Below, piece after piece: positions 1 to 9,912 of a DNA stretch of 61,103 bases. Source of the DNA: an uncultured Polyangiaceae bacterium (GTDB taxonomy: Bacteria; Myxococcota_A; Polyangia; Polyangiales; Houyiibacteriaceae). Both the position numbers and the translations under genes were made by a program. Positions within the stretch are counted from its first letter, which is position 1; each line of letters starts with the position of its first letter. The notes under the pieces are model-generated. The model was not told where the DNA came from and did not search any database. It worked only from the letters and a program-made list of their open reading frames with translations. The stretch is taken from assembly GCA_964195565.1 (NCBI GenBank), contig CAXMRN010000228.1, forward strand, positions 1 through 61,103, given 5' to 3'.

Positions 1-575
1 GGGATGTATGGGATCGGCCAATCCGGCACGCCCGTGATGACAGCTGGGTTCTCGTCGGGAGCAAAGAGGTCGACCTCTTCTCTGACCTCCGTGTCGCCGG
101 TGTCGAACAGGTCCTGGCCGACGCACTGGTTGGCAGACTGAGCCAACATCTTGAACTTCTGAGAGAGCACCCCGATCACCGTGAACTCGTGATTGCCGCG
201 ACCCGTGTCTCCTTGGGAGATTGCGTCGTTGAGGGCCGCCTCGCGCCGCTTGATGTTCTGGAGGTTGGCATTGCATTGACTGAGCTTGTCGTCGAGGCAG
301 GTCGCCCGGATGATGTCCTTGTCTCGCTTCGCGCTTTGGAGTGCCTGCGACTGCGCGCTGCAGCCCGCGGACGCGTTCGCCACCGCAGCCGTCGCAGCCT
401 TGGACTGTGCCTCCGGCGACAGGGCTTCCTTGTCCGAGGACGCGCCCATTGGCTCGACCTTGACGACATTCACCGTCGAGTCGGCCCCCTCCTGGGCCAC
501 CGCGTAACCCAAGGTGCCGCCGACCACCATAGCGGCCACCAGCGCGTGTCCCACGGTCCCCATCCGTCTAAACAT
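1..575 (-). CDS. Secreted hypothetical protein (partial, runs off the window start; absent from the ORF track)
   Basis: Hand translation from ATG at 575 gives MFRRMGTVGHALVAAMVVGGTLGYAVAQEG...KDIIRATCLDDKLSQC...ANQCVGQ..., open to position 1. It has a signal-peptide-like N-terminus (AVA|QE), a G-rich SD and a consensus promoter upstream. Confidence 0.85.
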   Translation of the reverse strand, partial: MFRRMGTVGHALVAAMVVGGTLGYAVAQEGADSTVNVVKVEPMGASSDKEALSPEAQSKAATAAVANASAGCSAQSQALQSAKRDKDIIRATCLDDKLSQCNANLQNIKRREAALNDAISQGDTGRGNHEFTVIGVLSQKFKMLAQSANQCVGQDLFDTGDTEVREEVDLFAPDENPAVITGVPDWPIPYI

Positions 576-599
576 CAACGATCCCCCCAACTTGCGGCG

Positions 600-627
600 A
601 TTATACGCCACGCCATTCTGCTGTCAA
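600..627 (-). promoter_or_regulatory. Consensus sigma70 promoter TTGACA-N16-TATAAT
   Basis: The minus strand reads TTGACA (627-622), 16 nt, TATAAT (605-600), ending 24 nt before the ATG at 575. Confidence 0.85.
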
Positions 628-673
628 TGGATGCACAATACAGTTAAGCAGGAAAACCATGGTCACGTCGAAA

Positions 674-2125
674 CTAATTCTGCGGCTGGAAGACAAAAGG
701 ATACCGGAAGGTCACGCTGCCTCCATCCGGTCCGGGATTGAATCGGAACCGGCTGATCGTCCTGGTCACGCAGTCCGCGACGCCTGGGCTGCCGGTCGTG
801 TTCTCGGTCGCCCTGGCGTCGGTCACGTTGCCTCGGACCTGGATGGTGAACGTCACGGTCACCTTCCCCGACAGGCTCGGGTTCTTCCGTAGCTCCGACT
901 CGTAGCAGCGGGTGATCGACTTCAAGCGCTGTTTGATCTGTCGTTGCACGAGCGCCGCGTCGAACTCGCCACTGCCGCCGACGTCGCCCCCACCCTTGAG
1001 GCCGACGTTTCCGCGAACTTCACGCTCTTTGACGGCCTGGCCTTCAGTGGCCGCCTTTCCGGCGCCTTTGCCCTTCTTGAGGGAGCCGAGGCCTGCCTTC
1101 TCCCCGCTGCCACCGCCGCTGCGGGTGCGCAGCGTCCCTGCTTTGCTCTTGGTGGCAACTCCGATGCCGGAGGCCTGAGCCAAGACATCGGCGGCGTTGC
1201 CCGTGACGGCACCCCCGGCGAGCACATCACCGAGCGCGCCGCCCTCCCCGCCAAGAGCGCCCAGCAACATGGCTTCGGCTTGGGCGGCAGCCTCCTGGAC
1301 GATGCGTGCGCGGCCTTCTGCCGCTTCAGCAGGCTCGGCTCCACCGGCTGGCTCTTTGTCTTGGGCCTTCACCGGTTCCTTGGCCGGGGCCTTGGTCTCC
1401 TTCTCTTCCTCTTCGCCCTCGCCTTCTTCCACCTCTTCTTCGACAGTGGGCGGTTCGATTGGGGCTTCGAAGATCAAGCGCGCGAGGCTCTCAGGCACCT
1501 CTTGCACTCCCGTCTCTACTTCCCAGTCGGCGTTCTCCATGTAGATGATGAACCCGAAGAACACCATGTACGAGAAGATCACCCAGGTGGTGAAGGTCCA
1601 ATCGATGTTCTTGACGAACCCGCGCTGAACGGCCGCAGGCAGCTGTGGTTTCGGCGTGATCGGCGGAGCCGAGACAAACTCGAAGAAGACGGTGAAGTCC
1701 CCCATGCGAATGTTGCCGCGTGACGTTTCCGCAAGCTTGATCTGGTAGTGGGTTCCGGCGTTTCGCGCAGCGCCAGTTTCGCGCAGGTGCTCGAGCTTCT
1801 GCACGCCACCTGGCAACGCCACCTTGCCGTTCATCTCTCCGGTGAAGTTCAGAATGTAGTCGTCGCCGACGAGTTGAAAGAGCTCAAAGCGCGACTCGAG
1901 TTTGGCCGGCAAGGTGCCTGACTTGAGAATCAGGTGGTTCTTCGCCGCGGTTCCGATCGACACGGTTTCGCGTCGCCGGACGATGCGCTCTTCGACAATT
2001 TTCTTTTCCCGAAAGAGGCCGATGCGCAAGACCTTTGGCCCCGACTGCTTCACCGGGACCGCCTGCATCTCCATGGTCATGGCGCCGGGACGCGGTCTCT
2101 GGCTGGGAGTCTGCGGTTGCGCCAT
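674..2125 (-). CDS. gltG: GltG/PglI-like TonB/TolA-type protein (AgmX/PglI C-terminal domain)
   Basis: N-terminal beta-rich cytoplasmic domain, one TM (WTFTTWVIFSYMVFFGFIIY), an E/K/G-rich linker and a TonB-C-like end (ITRCYESELRKNPSLSGKVTVTFTI...YPFVF). Last gene in the D-E-F-G order; could be a paralog. Confidence 0.85.
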   Translation of the reverse strand: MAQPQTPSQRPRPGAMTMEMQAVPVKQSGPKVLRIGLFREKKIVEERIVRRRETVSIGTAAKNHLILKSGTLPAKLESRFELFQLVGDDYILNFTGEMNGKVALPGGVQKLEHLRETGAARNAGTHYQIKLAETSRGNIRMGDFTVFFEFVSAPPITPKPQLPAAVQRGFVKNIDWTFTTWVIFSYMVFFGFIIYMENADWEVETGVQEVPESLARLIFEAPIEPPTVEEEVEEGEGEEEEKETKAPAKEPVKAQDKEPAGGAEPAEAAEGRARIVQEAAAQAEAMLLGALGGEGGALGDVLAGGAVTGNAADVLAQASGIGVATKSKAGTLRTRSGGGSGEKAGLGSLKKGKGAGKAATEGQAVKEREVRGNVGLKGGGDVGGSGEFDAALVQRQIKQRLKSITRCYESELRKNPSLSGKVTVTFTIQVRGNVTDARATENTTGSPGVADCVTRTISRFRFNPGPDGGSVTFRYPFVFQPQN

Positions 2126-2394
2126 TAGAACGGTTCCTTCTGAACGCTGCGCACGACCTCGCGGAGGAAGCTGGTACGAAGCTCGAGCACTTCATAGCCC
2201 AAGTTGGAACGGTTGAGGATGTAAAACGCGTTGGGTTTCTGAACGCGACCCTCGATGACGATTTCTTCGAGTTGGATGACTCGGGGTTGACGCTTCTTGG
2301 CGTCTTGCGCGTGTGCCCTAGTCGCAGTAGTCGCAGTGGTCGCCGTGGCGACGAGTATCAGCGCCGCCGCCATGATCGCAGCCCAGTGTTTCAT
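2125..2394 (-). CDS. gltF: GltF/CglF-like small exported protein
   Basis: Signal peptide followed by LEEIVIEGRVQKPNAFYILNR...RTSF; sits between the TPR gene and gltG. Confidence 0.8.
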   Translation of the reverse strand: MKHWAAIMAAALILVATATTATTATRAHAQDAKKRQPRVIQLEEIVIEGRVQKPNAFYILNRSNLGYEVLELRTSFLREVVRSVQKEPF

Positions 2395-3683
2395 GAGGCA
2401 CCTCCCTGGTCGCGCTCGATCCGGCGTCGGGCTCGCTTGATCATTCGATCGAGGTCGCGAAGATACTCCTCCGACTGATCGTCCTTGGCTAGCCGCGGAC
2501 CCATCTCGGCGCGATAGATCTTGAGCTCGTCGACCGCTTTCTCGTAGGCCGTGAGCTCATCAAGGCCCGGAAACTCGCCTGCGGCGGTGAGGAAAAGCAG
2601 CCCCAGGCCATAGTGGGCCTCCGGCAGTTTCGATTTCAGGTCGAGCGCACGCCGGTAGGCATGCTGGGCCTCGGTCCATCGCTGGGTCGCGCGATACGCA
2701 TCACCGAGATTGACGTGCACTTCGGGAAGCGTTGGAACGAGGCGCTCCGCGACTTGGAAATGAGAGAGGGCGCTCGGGTAGTTGCCGCCCGCCAGGAGTT
2801 GAACACCGAGCGCCATGCGCGCCTCCGCGTAGTTGGGGCGAAGCTGAACGGCCCGTTCGTAGGCGGCCATCGCCTCTCGGAGCTGTCCGGGCTCGGCGAC
2901 GAGCCTCTCGCCTCGCAGGTAGTGGAGCTCCGCGACGTTGGGGTCCACTTCCATCGCTTGGGCCAGGATCGAGTCCGCAAGCTCATCTCGTCCCTGCGCG
3001 CGGCTGGCCTTCACGAGCGCGATCAGTGCAGGCACGAACCGTTCGTCGCACTTGAGGGCCCGCCTCGCGGCCATCCAAGCCTCTTCGAGCCTCCGCGCCT
3101 CGACCAACACCTCGGCGTAGAGCGCCTGCATTTCGAGGTTGGCGCGGTATTGGTTGGCGAGTGGCTCGACCGTCGCCACGGCGTCGCCCACCTGCTTTCG
3201 CCTGATTTGGATCGTCGCGACGCCTCGTGCGGCCGGTTCGTAATCGGGCAGCACTCCCAACGCGCGACGGTAGTAGCGTATCGCTTCGCTCTCCTTGCCC
3301 GCGCGGTCAGCCAACACGCCCAGATTGTAGAGCGCCTGGTATGCGTTCGGGTCCTTCTTGAGGGCTGCCCGAAAGCCCGTCTCGGCTGCCCCGATGTCGT
3401 TAGCGGCCGCGGCCCGCACCCCGTTCTCGAAGGCCCGCCTTGCTTTGGACGACATCGCGGGGTGGGCCTCTCGGCGGCATTGCTCCGCGCGCGTCGCCCC
3501 CCAGACGCTCTGTGCCTCAGACGGCGCAGGCGATGCCGAGGGGGTGTCCCCGGACTCGGTCGCCTCACCACCTGAGGTCGATTCCGGCGTGGTCGGCTCC
3601 GAGGCCGACTGCCCACCGCAGCCATACGTCATGAAAAGCATCGCTCCAATCCACGCCAGCGCTGGGAGACCAAGTCGCATCAC
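2391..3683 (-). CDS. gltE: GltE/AglT-like TPR lipoprotein
   Basis: Lipobox-like TYGC, multiple TPRs (ALYNLGVL, VHVNLGDAY, AHYGLGLL) and synteny with gltF/gltG. Confidence 0.7.
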   Translation of the reverse strand: MMRLGLPALAWIGAMLFMTYGCGGQSASEPTTPESTSGGEATESGDTPSASPAPSEAQSVWGATRAEQCRREAHPAMSSKARRAFENGVRAAAANDIGAAETGFRAALKKDPNAYQALYNLGVLADRAGKESEAIRYYRRALGVLPDYEPAARGVATIQIRRKQVGDAVATVEPLANQYRANLEMQALYAEVLVEARRLEEAWMAARRALKCDERFVPALIALVKASRAQGRDELADSILAQAMEVDPNVAELHYLRGERLVAEPGQLREAMAAYERAVQLRPNYAEARMALGVQLLAGGNYPSALSHFQVAERLVPTLPEVHVNLGDAYRATQRWTEAQHAYRRALDLKSKLPEAHYGLGLLFLTAAGEFPGLDELTAYEKAVDELKIYRAEMGPRLAKDDQSEEYLRDLDRMIKRARRRIERDQGGAS

Positions 3684-6600
3684 TCGTTCCTCTCGGTGAT
3701 AGCAGGTGGGGCGATCCCAGGTCGAATCTCTAGTGGCTTGCCTCGAGGCGACCTAGCGAACTCGCCGGGCACGTACCCTTGGAATGTCGCGTCGTGGGCA
3801 TGTGCTTCCGCGATGCATTCCGCAATGCGCTCGTCGCCGTAGGCCTGAAGCCGGTCGATGGCGATGCGGGTGTACCGGTCATCGAAGCTCCCGGCTCGGC
3901 TTGCGCGCGCGGCCAATGCGTAGCGCACGACTGCGAAGCACTCGACCGGACGCACCTTTGTGTCGAGCACTTGACGAACCTTATCGTCGAAGTCGAGTTC
4001 GTACTCTTCGCGCTCGTCAGGGCCGGCTTGGCGAAGCACCTTCTTCAGATCGAGCGGCATCACCACCGGGGTGTTCAAAATCGAGCGAGCCAAGATTTCA
4101 TAGGCCCGCCCTTGGCGGACATACGACGCGATCATCCACCGCGGGCGTCGATAAGGGAAGACCGTTTCGTACCCATTGGCGATCGACTGTGCTTGGGTAC
4201 CGCCGGCGCCAATCTGTTTCGTGATCGTCTTGATGTAGGCCTCGACGGTCTTCGGCTTCCCGGGCTTGACCTGGAACTTCTCGAAGCCGGAGAGCTTCCC
4301 ATCTATCAAAATGAAGCGCGCCTCCGCGGCATACCCGGCCGCAATCGAGCCCGGGGGCTGGCCCGTGCGTTCGTACGATGCGGTCACTTCCTGGAGCGCC
4401 ATGCGGTAGTCGCCGGTTCGTCCCCGCGCCTTCCACGATTGCGCGATCGACCAGTAGGCGCGCACGACCAACTCTCCGGCCTCGCCGTCGTTGCCGTACA
4501 CTTTGATGAACGCCCGCATGCCTGCGATCGCCTGCGGGTAGCGCTCTTGTTTGTAGGCCATCTCGGCGATTCGGTAGAGAGCGTTTCGCTTCGTCTCGGG
4601 GTCCCCAACGGTGTCGTAGACCCTGCGGTAGTACTGCGTCGCCTCCGGGTACCGTTGGAGCTGTTCGAGCAAGATCGCCGAGTTCACGAGCCCATCGGCC
4701 CGCTTGCTCTGGACCTCCGAGTCGGCCGATTTTGCGAAGCGCGTCGAGTCGGCAAGGACGCGATAGTTCTCGACTGCGCGATCGAAGTCGAAGTTGCGGC
4801 TTGCGGTGTATGCGAGCTTGAAGTGCGCGTTCGCCAAGATCGCGTCGAGGCTCTGTTGCTCTTCGGCGTCTTCAGCGCGCCGCGGCCCCACTTCGTCGAT
4901 GATTCGTTGGTAGAGTTGGCCTGCCGATTCGAAGCGATTGGTCGCTTCGAGCGCAAGGGCCGCATACTCGAGCGCGAGCGGGGCCTGCCTGTCACCGGGG
5001 TTGCTGTTGACCGCCGCTAGCAACATCGTGGCGGACTGCTCGTACAAGAGCCGCTGCTCGGTGCCAGTCGCCTGGCCAGCGCGCTTGTAAACGTCGAGCG
5101 CGTCTTGGTAGACGAGCGCGTTGAGGTCCGCGCCCGCACGGCAAATCGGCTTGTCCCGGTTGGACGGCCTGGTGCAATCGATCTTGTCGGCGCGCGCCGA
5201 AAACGTGCAGCCACGCTCTTGGATGTCGGTGGCCAGACGTCGAATCTCTTCGGAGTCGTCCGTCGCAATGGCCATCGCACGCAGATTCTCCCAAGCGATT
5301 TGGCCTGTTGCGTCGGCCTCGGGCCCCGAACACCGTTCTTCGTAGATGCGCGTGAATCGCGCGTCGGCCTGCGGCCAGAAGCCGTACCGGTAGAGCAGCA
5401 GCGCGTTGTTGTAGTCATAGGCCGCGCGCACACCCTCCGTGTCCCGGTTCGATGGCACGCGTGTGAGGTAGATCTCCCTGGCGCGCGCCAGTCGCTGCAC
5501 AGTCTCCGGCATGGCGACGGGGTGGATCGACGGAGGCGCCCCGGCGGGAGCGGGGGGCTCGTCGCGGATGAGCAGGCGACCCTCTTCGACATCGCGGTCG
5601 GCGATGCGGTTCAACGATTCCACCACACGTCGCGCCGACTCGGCGAGGTAACTGTCGCCGACGTTGGAGTCCCGCACCTCGGCGTACTCCGTGGCCGCTT
5701 GCTCGTAGTTCCTCGACCAGTACAAGGCGTCGGCGAGATTGTAGTGGAGCTCGTAGCCTTGTGGGTTGTTTGGGTAACGCTCGAGGTAACCGCGGTATGC
5801 GCTCGCCGCCAGCTGGTACTCAACCCTGGAGTCGCGGCAGAGTTTGACGTTGCGCTCCTCTACGCACTGCTGGCGCAAACGTTGAGCCCGGTGGTGGTGG
5901 TGGACCGCGGTGACGATGAGCGCGTTCTCCGCGAGTTGTTCCGCGTTTCGCTGCTCTGCCGGGTGGTCCATGTTCGCGTTCCACCACGGACTTCCCTGCA
6001 CGTATTCAGTGAGCTCGGACCTCGCGAGAATCGCGTTCTCAAACTCGTTGTGCATCTGGTGGGCGACCGCGATGTCGTTGAGAACCTCCGGGGTGCGGTG
6101 GTGGTTTGGCCACTTCGAGATCGCTAGCCGCCACGCGGCGATAGCCTCCAGGTATTTGGCCTCGTCGAAGTAGACTTGGCCAAGCTGGAAGTAGACCTCG
6201 GGGGTCCAGAGCCGCTGCTGCGGGATGAGCGAGCCGTCCTGGACGCGCTCGAGACCCGTTGGCTGGCCCTCGATCGGGTCCGACACCTGATTCTCGTTCC
6301 AATCGTCGTACGCGAACGCGATGCCAAGGTAGTCGATCGCCTCGGGTCGGAGCTCGGAGCCCGCCTTTCCAGTCTTGCTCCGCGCGTCGTCTGACCACTG
6401 GACCAACCTGCCAAAGTGGTGAATCGCCTCTGGGTAGCGGCTTGCGCGGTAGTACGCCCAGGCGACTTTGTAGAGCGCGAGATTGTAGTTCCTGTCATCG
6501 GGGTTTTCGAGGATTCGACCGTACGCCGCGATGGACAGGTCGAGCGAACTCTGGCCCCCGAAGTCGTCGAAGTGGTACTCGCCCACGCGGAACCAGGTCT

Positions 6601-7510
6601 CGCTGACGAAGCGCGCCTGTGGCGTGATCGGTTGGCAGGTCCGGTACGGGTTGGCGAACGCGCCGTCTACCTGCGCACCGAGGGGTCGACCGTCCAGGGT
6701 CAAAGCGGGGTACTTGGCCTGCGCGGCAAGCGACTTGTCTGGCGGGGGCGGACGCCAATCGGGATTGTACCTGTACTTGTTCGCGCACACGAGCGCGAGC
6801 CACGCGGCGACCGCCTCTTCGGGCCGCCCCATCTCGTTGAGGGTGTACCCGATCAGATAGTAGACCCCGTCGGAGCGTTCGTAGGCAGGGAACCGCCGCG
6901 CGAGGGTCTTGTAGAGAGTGACCGTCGGTGTGAAGTCGGGCGACGTGGGGAGGCTGTCCTCGGCCGTGAGGTCGCCGGCCTCCCGGGCGGCTTGCGCATC
7001 GTCGTAGAGATTCTGAAAGTCGACGGCGCTTCGTTCGAAGTAGAGTTCGCCCAAACGAAACATCGCGTCCGGAGTGTACTTGGTGTGGTCGGGGTACCGG
7101 CGGATGAAGTCTTCGAAAACTCGAATCGAATTTTCACGAGCCTCGTCGAAGGCGCGCTCTTCAGTTTCGAGCCGCTCGCCATACCACCGGTCGCGCTCGC
7201 GCCGTTGCTGGAGATACTCGCGCCGCACCAATGACGTGACCGTCGAGCGGAAGGCTTCGCCCGTCTCAGTGAACCGGTCGACCTCCTCTTCGAGCTGTCG
7301 CAACGCTTCGAGTTGTTGGGCGGTAGGGGGCGGCCTCTGGTCGACGATACGCTTGTCGGTGTCCTGAAGGAACGGCGGCAGCGTCACGTCGGTCGCCCCC
7401 TCCCACGGCGCAGCCTCAGCTTCCTGCGCCGCCACGGGAACCGAGGAGCCCGACGCCGCGAAGCAGATCGCGAGCAACACCAGGGAGACGACCTTGCGAC
7501 CTGGGCTCAT
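3680..7510 (-). CDS. gltD: GltD/AgmU-like large exported TPR protein
   Basis: Signal peptide and 1276 aa of TPR repeats (DAMFRLGELY, WFRVGEYHFD, ALYKVAWAYY); 4-nt overlaps with both neighbours. Confidence 0.7.
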   Translation of the reverse strand: MSPGRKVVSLVLLAICFAASGSSVPVAAQEAEAAPWEGATDVTLPPFLQDTDKRIVDQRPPPTAQQLEALRQLEEEVDRFTETGEAFRSTVTSLVRREYLQQRRERDRWYGERLETEERAFDEARENSIRVFEDFIRRYPDHTKYTPDAMFRLGELYFERSAVDFQNLYDDAQAAREAGDLTAEDSLPTSPDFTPTVTLYKTLARRFPAYERSDGVYYLIGYTLNEMGRPEEAVAAWLALVCANKYRYNPDWRPPPPDKSLAAQAKYPALTLDGRPLGAQVDGAFANPYRTCQPITPQARFVSETWFRVGEYHFDDFGGQSSLDLSIAAYGRILENPDDRNYNLALYKVAWAYYRASRYPEAIHHFGRLVQWSDDARSKTGKAGSELRPEAIDYLGIAFAYDDWNENQVSDPIEGQPTGLERVQDGSLIPQQRLWTPEVYFQLGQVYFDEAKYLEAIAAWRLAISKWPNHHRTPEVLNDIAVAHQMHNEFENAILARSELTEYVQGSPWWNANMDHPAEQRNAEQLAENALIVTAVHHHHRAQRLRQQCVEERNVKLCRDSRVEYQLAASAYRGYLERYPNNPQGYELHYNLADALYWSRNYEQAATEYAEVRDSNVGDSYLAESARRVVESLNRIADRDVEEGRLLIRDEPPAPAGAPPSIHPVAMPETVQRLARAREIYLTRVPSNRDTEGVRAAYDYNNALLLYRYGFWPQADARFTRIYEERCSGPEADATGQIAWENLRAMAIATDDSEEIRRLATDIQERGCTFSARADKIDCTRPSNRDKPICRAGADLNALVYQDALDVYKRAGQATGTEQRLLYEQSATMLLAAVNSNPGDRQAPLALEYAALALEATNRFESAGQLYQRIIDEVGPRRAEDAEEQQSLDAILANAHFKLAYTASRNFDFDRAVENYRVLADSTRFAKSADSEVQSKRADGLVNSAILLEQLQRYPEATQYYRRVYDTVGDPETKRNALYRIAEMAYKQERYPQAIAGMRAFIKVYGNDGEAGELVVRAYWSIAQSWKARGRTGDYRMALQEVTASYERTGQPPGSIAAGYAAEARFILIDGKLSGFEKFQVKPGKPKTVEAYIKTITKQIGAGGTQAQSIANGYETVFPYRRPRWMIASYVRQGRAYEILARSILNTPVVMPLDLKKVLRQAGPDEREEYELDFDDKVRQVLDTKVRPVECFAVVRYALAARASRAGSFDDRYTRIAIDRLQAYGDERIAECIAEAHAHDATFQGYVPGEFARSPRGKPLEIRPGIAPPAITERNE

Positions 7511-9912
7511 GGCTCGCCCTCGCCGCCCTGGTTTTGGTCCATCACGTCGCGGAACTCGTCATCGAGGGCCTGGAGCTCGCGAGCTCGCTCCCGAGTCAGC
7601 GAGTCGATGCGCAGGCGGTGATCTTCGCGCCTTGCCCAGGCGATGTCGATCGTGCCGAGGTCCGCCCGCAAAACCAACTCGTAAAATCGGTTGTGAACGC
7701 GGTCGAAGTTGAGATAGGTGATCGCGCCGACGACGTCCTCGGTCTCGCCCTCGAAAGACCGGAGAGCCACGCGGTAGCGTGCGAGGTTGGCAGTCTCTTC
7801 GTCGACCACGACCAGCATCTCCGCGACCCGTCGTCGCACCATCGCCGCGACCTCTGCATCGCGTTGATCGAGCCGGCGCTCGACGGAGGCCACACGGACG
7901 AATGCGGCGTCGTACGCGGGGCCCCCCGACCCGGCTAGCTCACGCTCCCGGTCGACTAGGTTGATGAACTTGGCACGCTCCGCATCGTCAGCTTGATAGC
8001 GTTTGTCGCCCACCCCGACGTGGAGCCGGCCCACTTCCAGGCGGCGCCGAATCCACGTCAGCTGCTCCTCGTGCTTCTTGACCTCTGCCTCGTGCTGTTC
8101 GAGCTGTTCACGCAACGCTTCGGGATCGACCTTCGCCGGGTCGACAGCCCCGAGGCCCGTCCTCGATGCGACGATTCGAGCTTCAAGGCCGAGGATCTCG
8201 ACGCGCAACCCTTGAAGGCTTCGCTCCGCCGCTCGGTACTCTTCGAGCTTCTCCAAATCGCGGTCGATGAAGTCTTCGGTGTCGATCGGCATCTTCAGCA
8301 CTTCTGCCTGAAGTTCCTGACGCCGGGAGCGAACACGGGTGACCTCGCCTGCTCGGTTCCCTCGGACCTGGGCCTCGCCGGTAATCAGGGTTCCTCGGGC
8401 GCGCGCCGCGCGGTTGCGGAGCCCGGTCGTCCTTTCGCGCTGCCGGCGGAGGTCAGAGAAGACACTCACTCGATTCGGGGCGCTCAGGGCCGCGGTGATT
8501 CTGCGGGCGAGCTCGTCGGTCTCGATCACCAGCTGCTTGGCCTCGCTCAGATCGGCGAGCACTTCGAGCGCGCGCTGGTAGTCGCCTTCGAGCACAATCC
8601 AGCGCCGCGCGGACTCGGGGAGGAAGTCATCAATGTCGAAGTGTTCGAGGTTTTCCCGCACAACCCGTCGAAAATACGCATGAAGATCGGGGTGGTCGCG
8701 GCGAGTGCGATCCAAGTCGTCGCGGATGGGCCCGAAGGTCGCGCGGACCTCCTCGAACACCACTTCGGCTTCATCGTACCGCCCGCTACGGGCCAATAGG
8801 TCGCCTCTGAGAACTTTGCCGTCGGCGTTGAGCGGGCTATCGGGCGCAGCCACCGAGAGCACCTCGAGTGCACGTTCGGCCTGAATCGCATCGCCCAGCC
8901 TGATGTACGTCCACGCCAGCTCGTACAGCGCCTCGGCGAAGTGTGACGAGGTTTGTTCGATCGCCCGGTATGCTTCGATCGCCTGCTCGAGCTGTTCGGT
9001 TTCGTAGTAGAGGCGGCCGAGCGCGAGATAGGTCAGCTCGATGACCTGGCGTTCCTCGTCGTTGGTCGCTTCGTGGCCGAGGACACCGTGAAACGCCGCG
9101 ATCGCGTCGAGGTATTCGCCTCGCAACGTGTGGATGGTGCCGACGAAGTACTTGGAGCGTAGGGAGAACTCGGTGCCGCCAGGAATGGCGATGAACCCCT
9201 TGCGCGCCTGCTCGAGCCGACCTTGGTCGACTCCTCGAAGAGCGGCGTTGGCGGGGGCGTTGAGCACGTCATCCACCGGAACGGCCCGGTTGTATAGATA
9301 CTTCGCCCGGAAATATGCCGTGGTGATCGAGAGCGTCGCGGACGGGAGAGCTTCGAGGCGTGCGAAGTAGCCATCCACCTCGCGGAAATCACGCGTGTGG
9401 ATCGCGATCTCGATGAGGCGGCTGAGCGACCTTTGAAGAAATGGCGAGAAGGTCGGGTCGGCGCTCCGATCGATCACCTCCGCATAGCGTTTTCGCGCTC
9501 CAAGGTAGTCGCCCGCCAAGAACAGAGACTCGCCGAGCAAGAACAGCGCCTCCGGATAGGCGCGATGCGTCGGGTAGTGCTCGACGATGTCCATCAGAAG
9601 AATCGCGGCCCGGAGATAGTCTTCGAGGCGCAGGTAGAGTTCTCCGTCGGTCAGTCGCTCTTCGACGAACGTTTCGCTCTTCAGGTCGTGGGGATGGACG
9701 CGGCGCTCCATCAGGCGCTGTGTGTCGGACTCGAGGTCCGACACCTCGCGATTCGCTGCGGTCATGTCTTGTGCGGCGACCCCAGACCCAACAGACGCAA
9801 CGGACGCAAGCAGACTCACGCACAAGGCGAACGGGACCCATTCCCGCCAAACCCGTCGCCCCCTGCCAAGTGTCGGTGTGGGCGGCGATGTGGTCGCCCC
9901 ACGAGGTCGCAT
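7507..9912 (-). CDS. Exported TPR/coiled-coil protein (GltC/NfsC-like position)
   Basis: Hydrophobic signal segment, TPRs (ALFLLGESLF, LALGRLYY, ALYELAWTY) and a coiled-coil C-terminal half. Exact start uncertain. Confidence 0.75.
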   Translation of the reverse strand: MRPRGATTSPPTPTLGRGRRVWREWVPFALCVSLLASVASVGSGVAAQDMTAANREVSDLESDTQRLMERRVHPHDLKSETFVEERLTDGELYLRLEDYLRAAILLMDIVEHYPTHRAYPEALFLLGESLFLAGDYLGARKRYAEVIDRSADPTFSPFLQRSLSRLIEIAIHTRDFREVDGYFARLEALPSATLSITTAYFRAKYLYNRAVPVDDVLNAPANAALRGVDQGRLEQARKGFIAIPGGTEFSLRSKYFVGTIHTLRGEYLDAIAAFHGVLGHEATNDEERQVIELTYLALGRLYYETEQLEQAIEAYRAIEQTSSHFAEALYELAWTYIRLGDAIQAERALEVLSVAAPDSPLNADGKVLRGDLLARSGRYDEAEVVFEEVRATFGPIRDDLDRTRRDHPDLHAYFRRVVRENLEHFDIDDFLPESARRWIVLEGDYQRALEVLADLSEAKQLVIETDELARRITAALSAPNRVSVFSDLRRQRERTTGLRNRAARARGTLITGEAQVRGNRAGEVTRVRSRRQELQAEVLKMPIDTEDFIDRDLEKLEEYRAAERSLQGLRVEILGLEARIVASRTGLGAVDPAKVDPEALREQLEQHEAEVKKHEEQLTWIRRRLEVGRLHVGVGDKRYQADDAERAKFINLVDRERELAGSGGPAYDAAFVRVASVERRLDQRDAEVAAMVRRRVAEMLVVVDEETANLARYRVALRSFEGETEDVVGAITYLNFDRVHNRFYELVLRADLGTIDIAWARREDHRLRIDSLTRERARELQALDDEFRDVMDQNQGGEGEP

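Noticed and set aside
189-647. Plus-strand ORFs of 152, 73 and 75 aa
   Set aside because: They are antisense shadows of the real minus-strand gene, which has a promoter, SD and signal peptide.
2321-2350. 9-bp quasi-repeat encoding TATATTAT in the GltF signal region
   Set aside because: Low-complexity slippage with no evident function.
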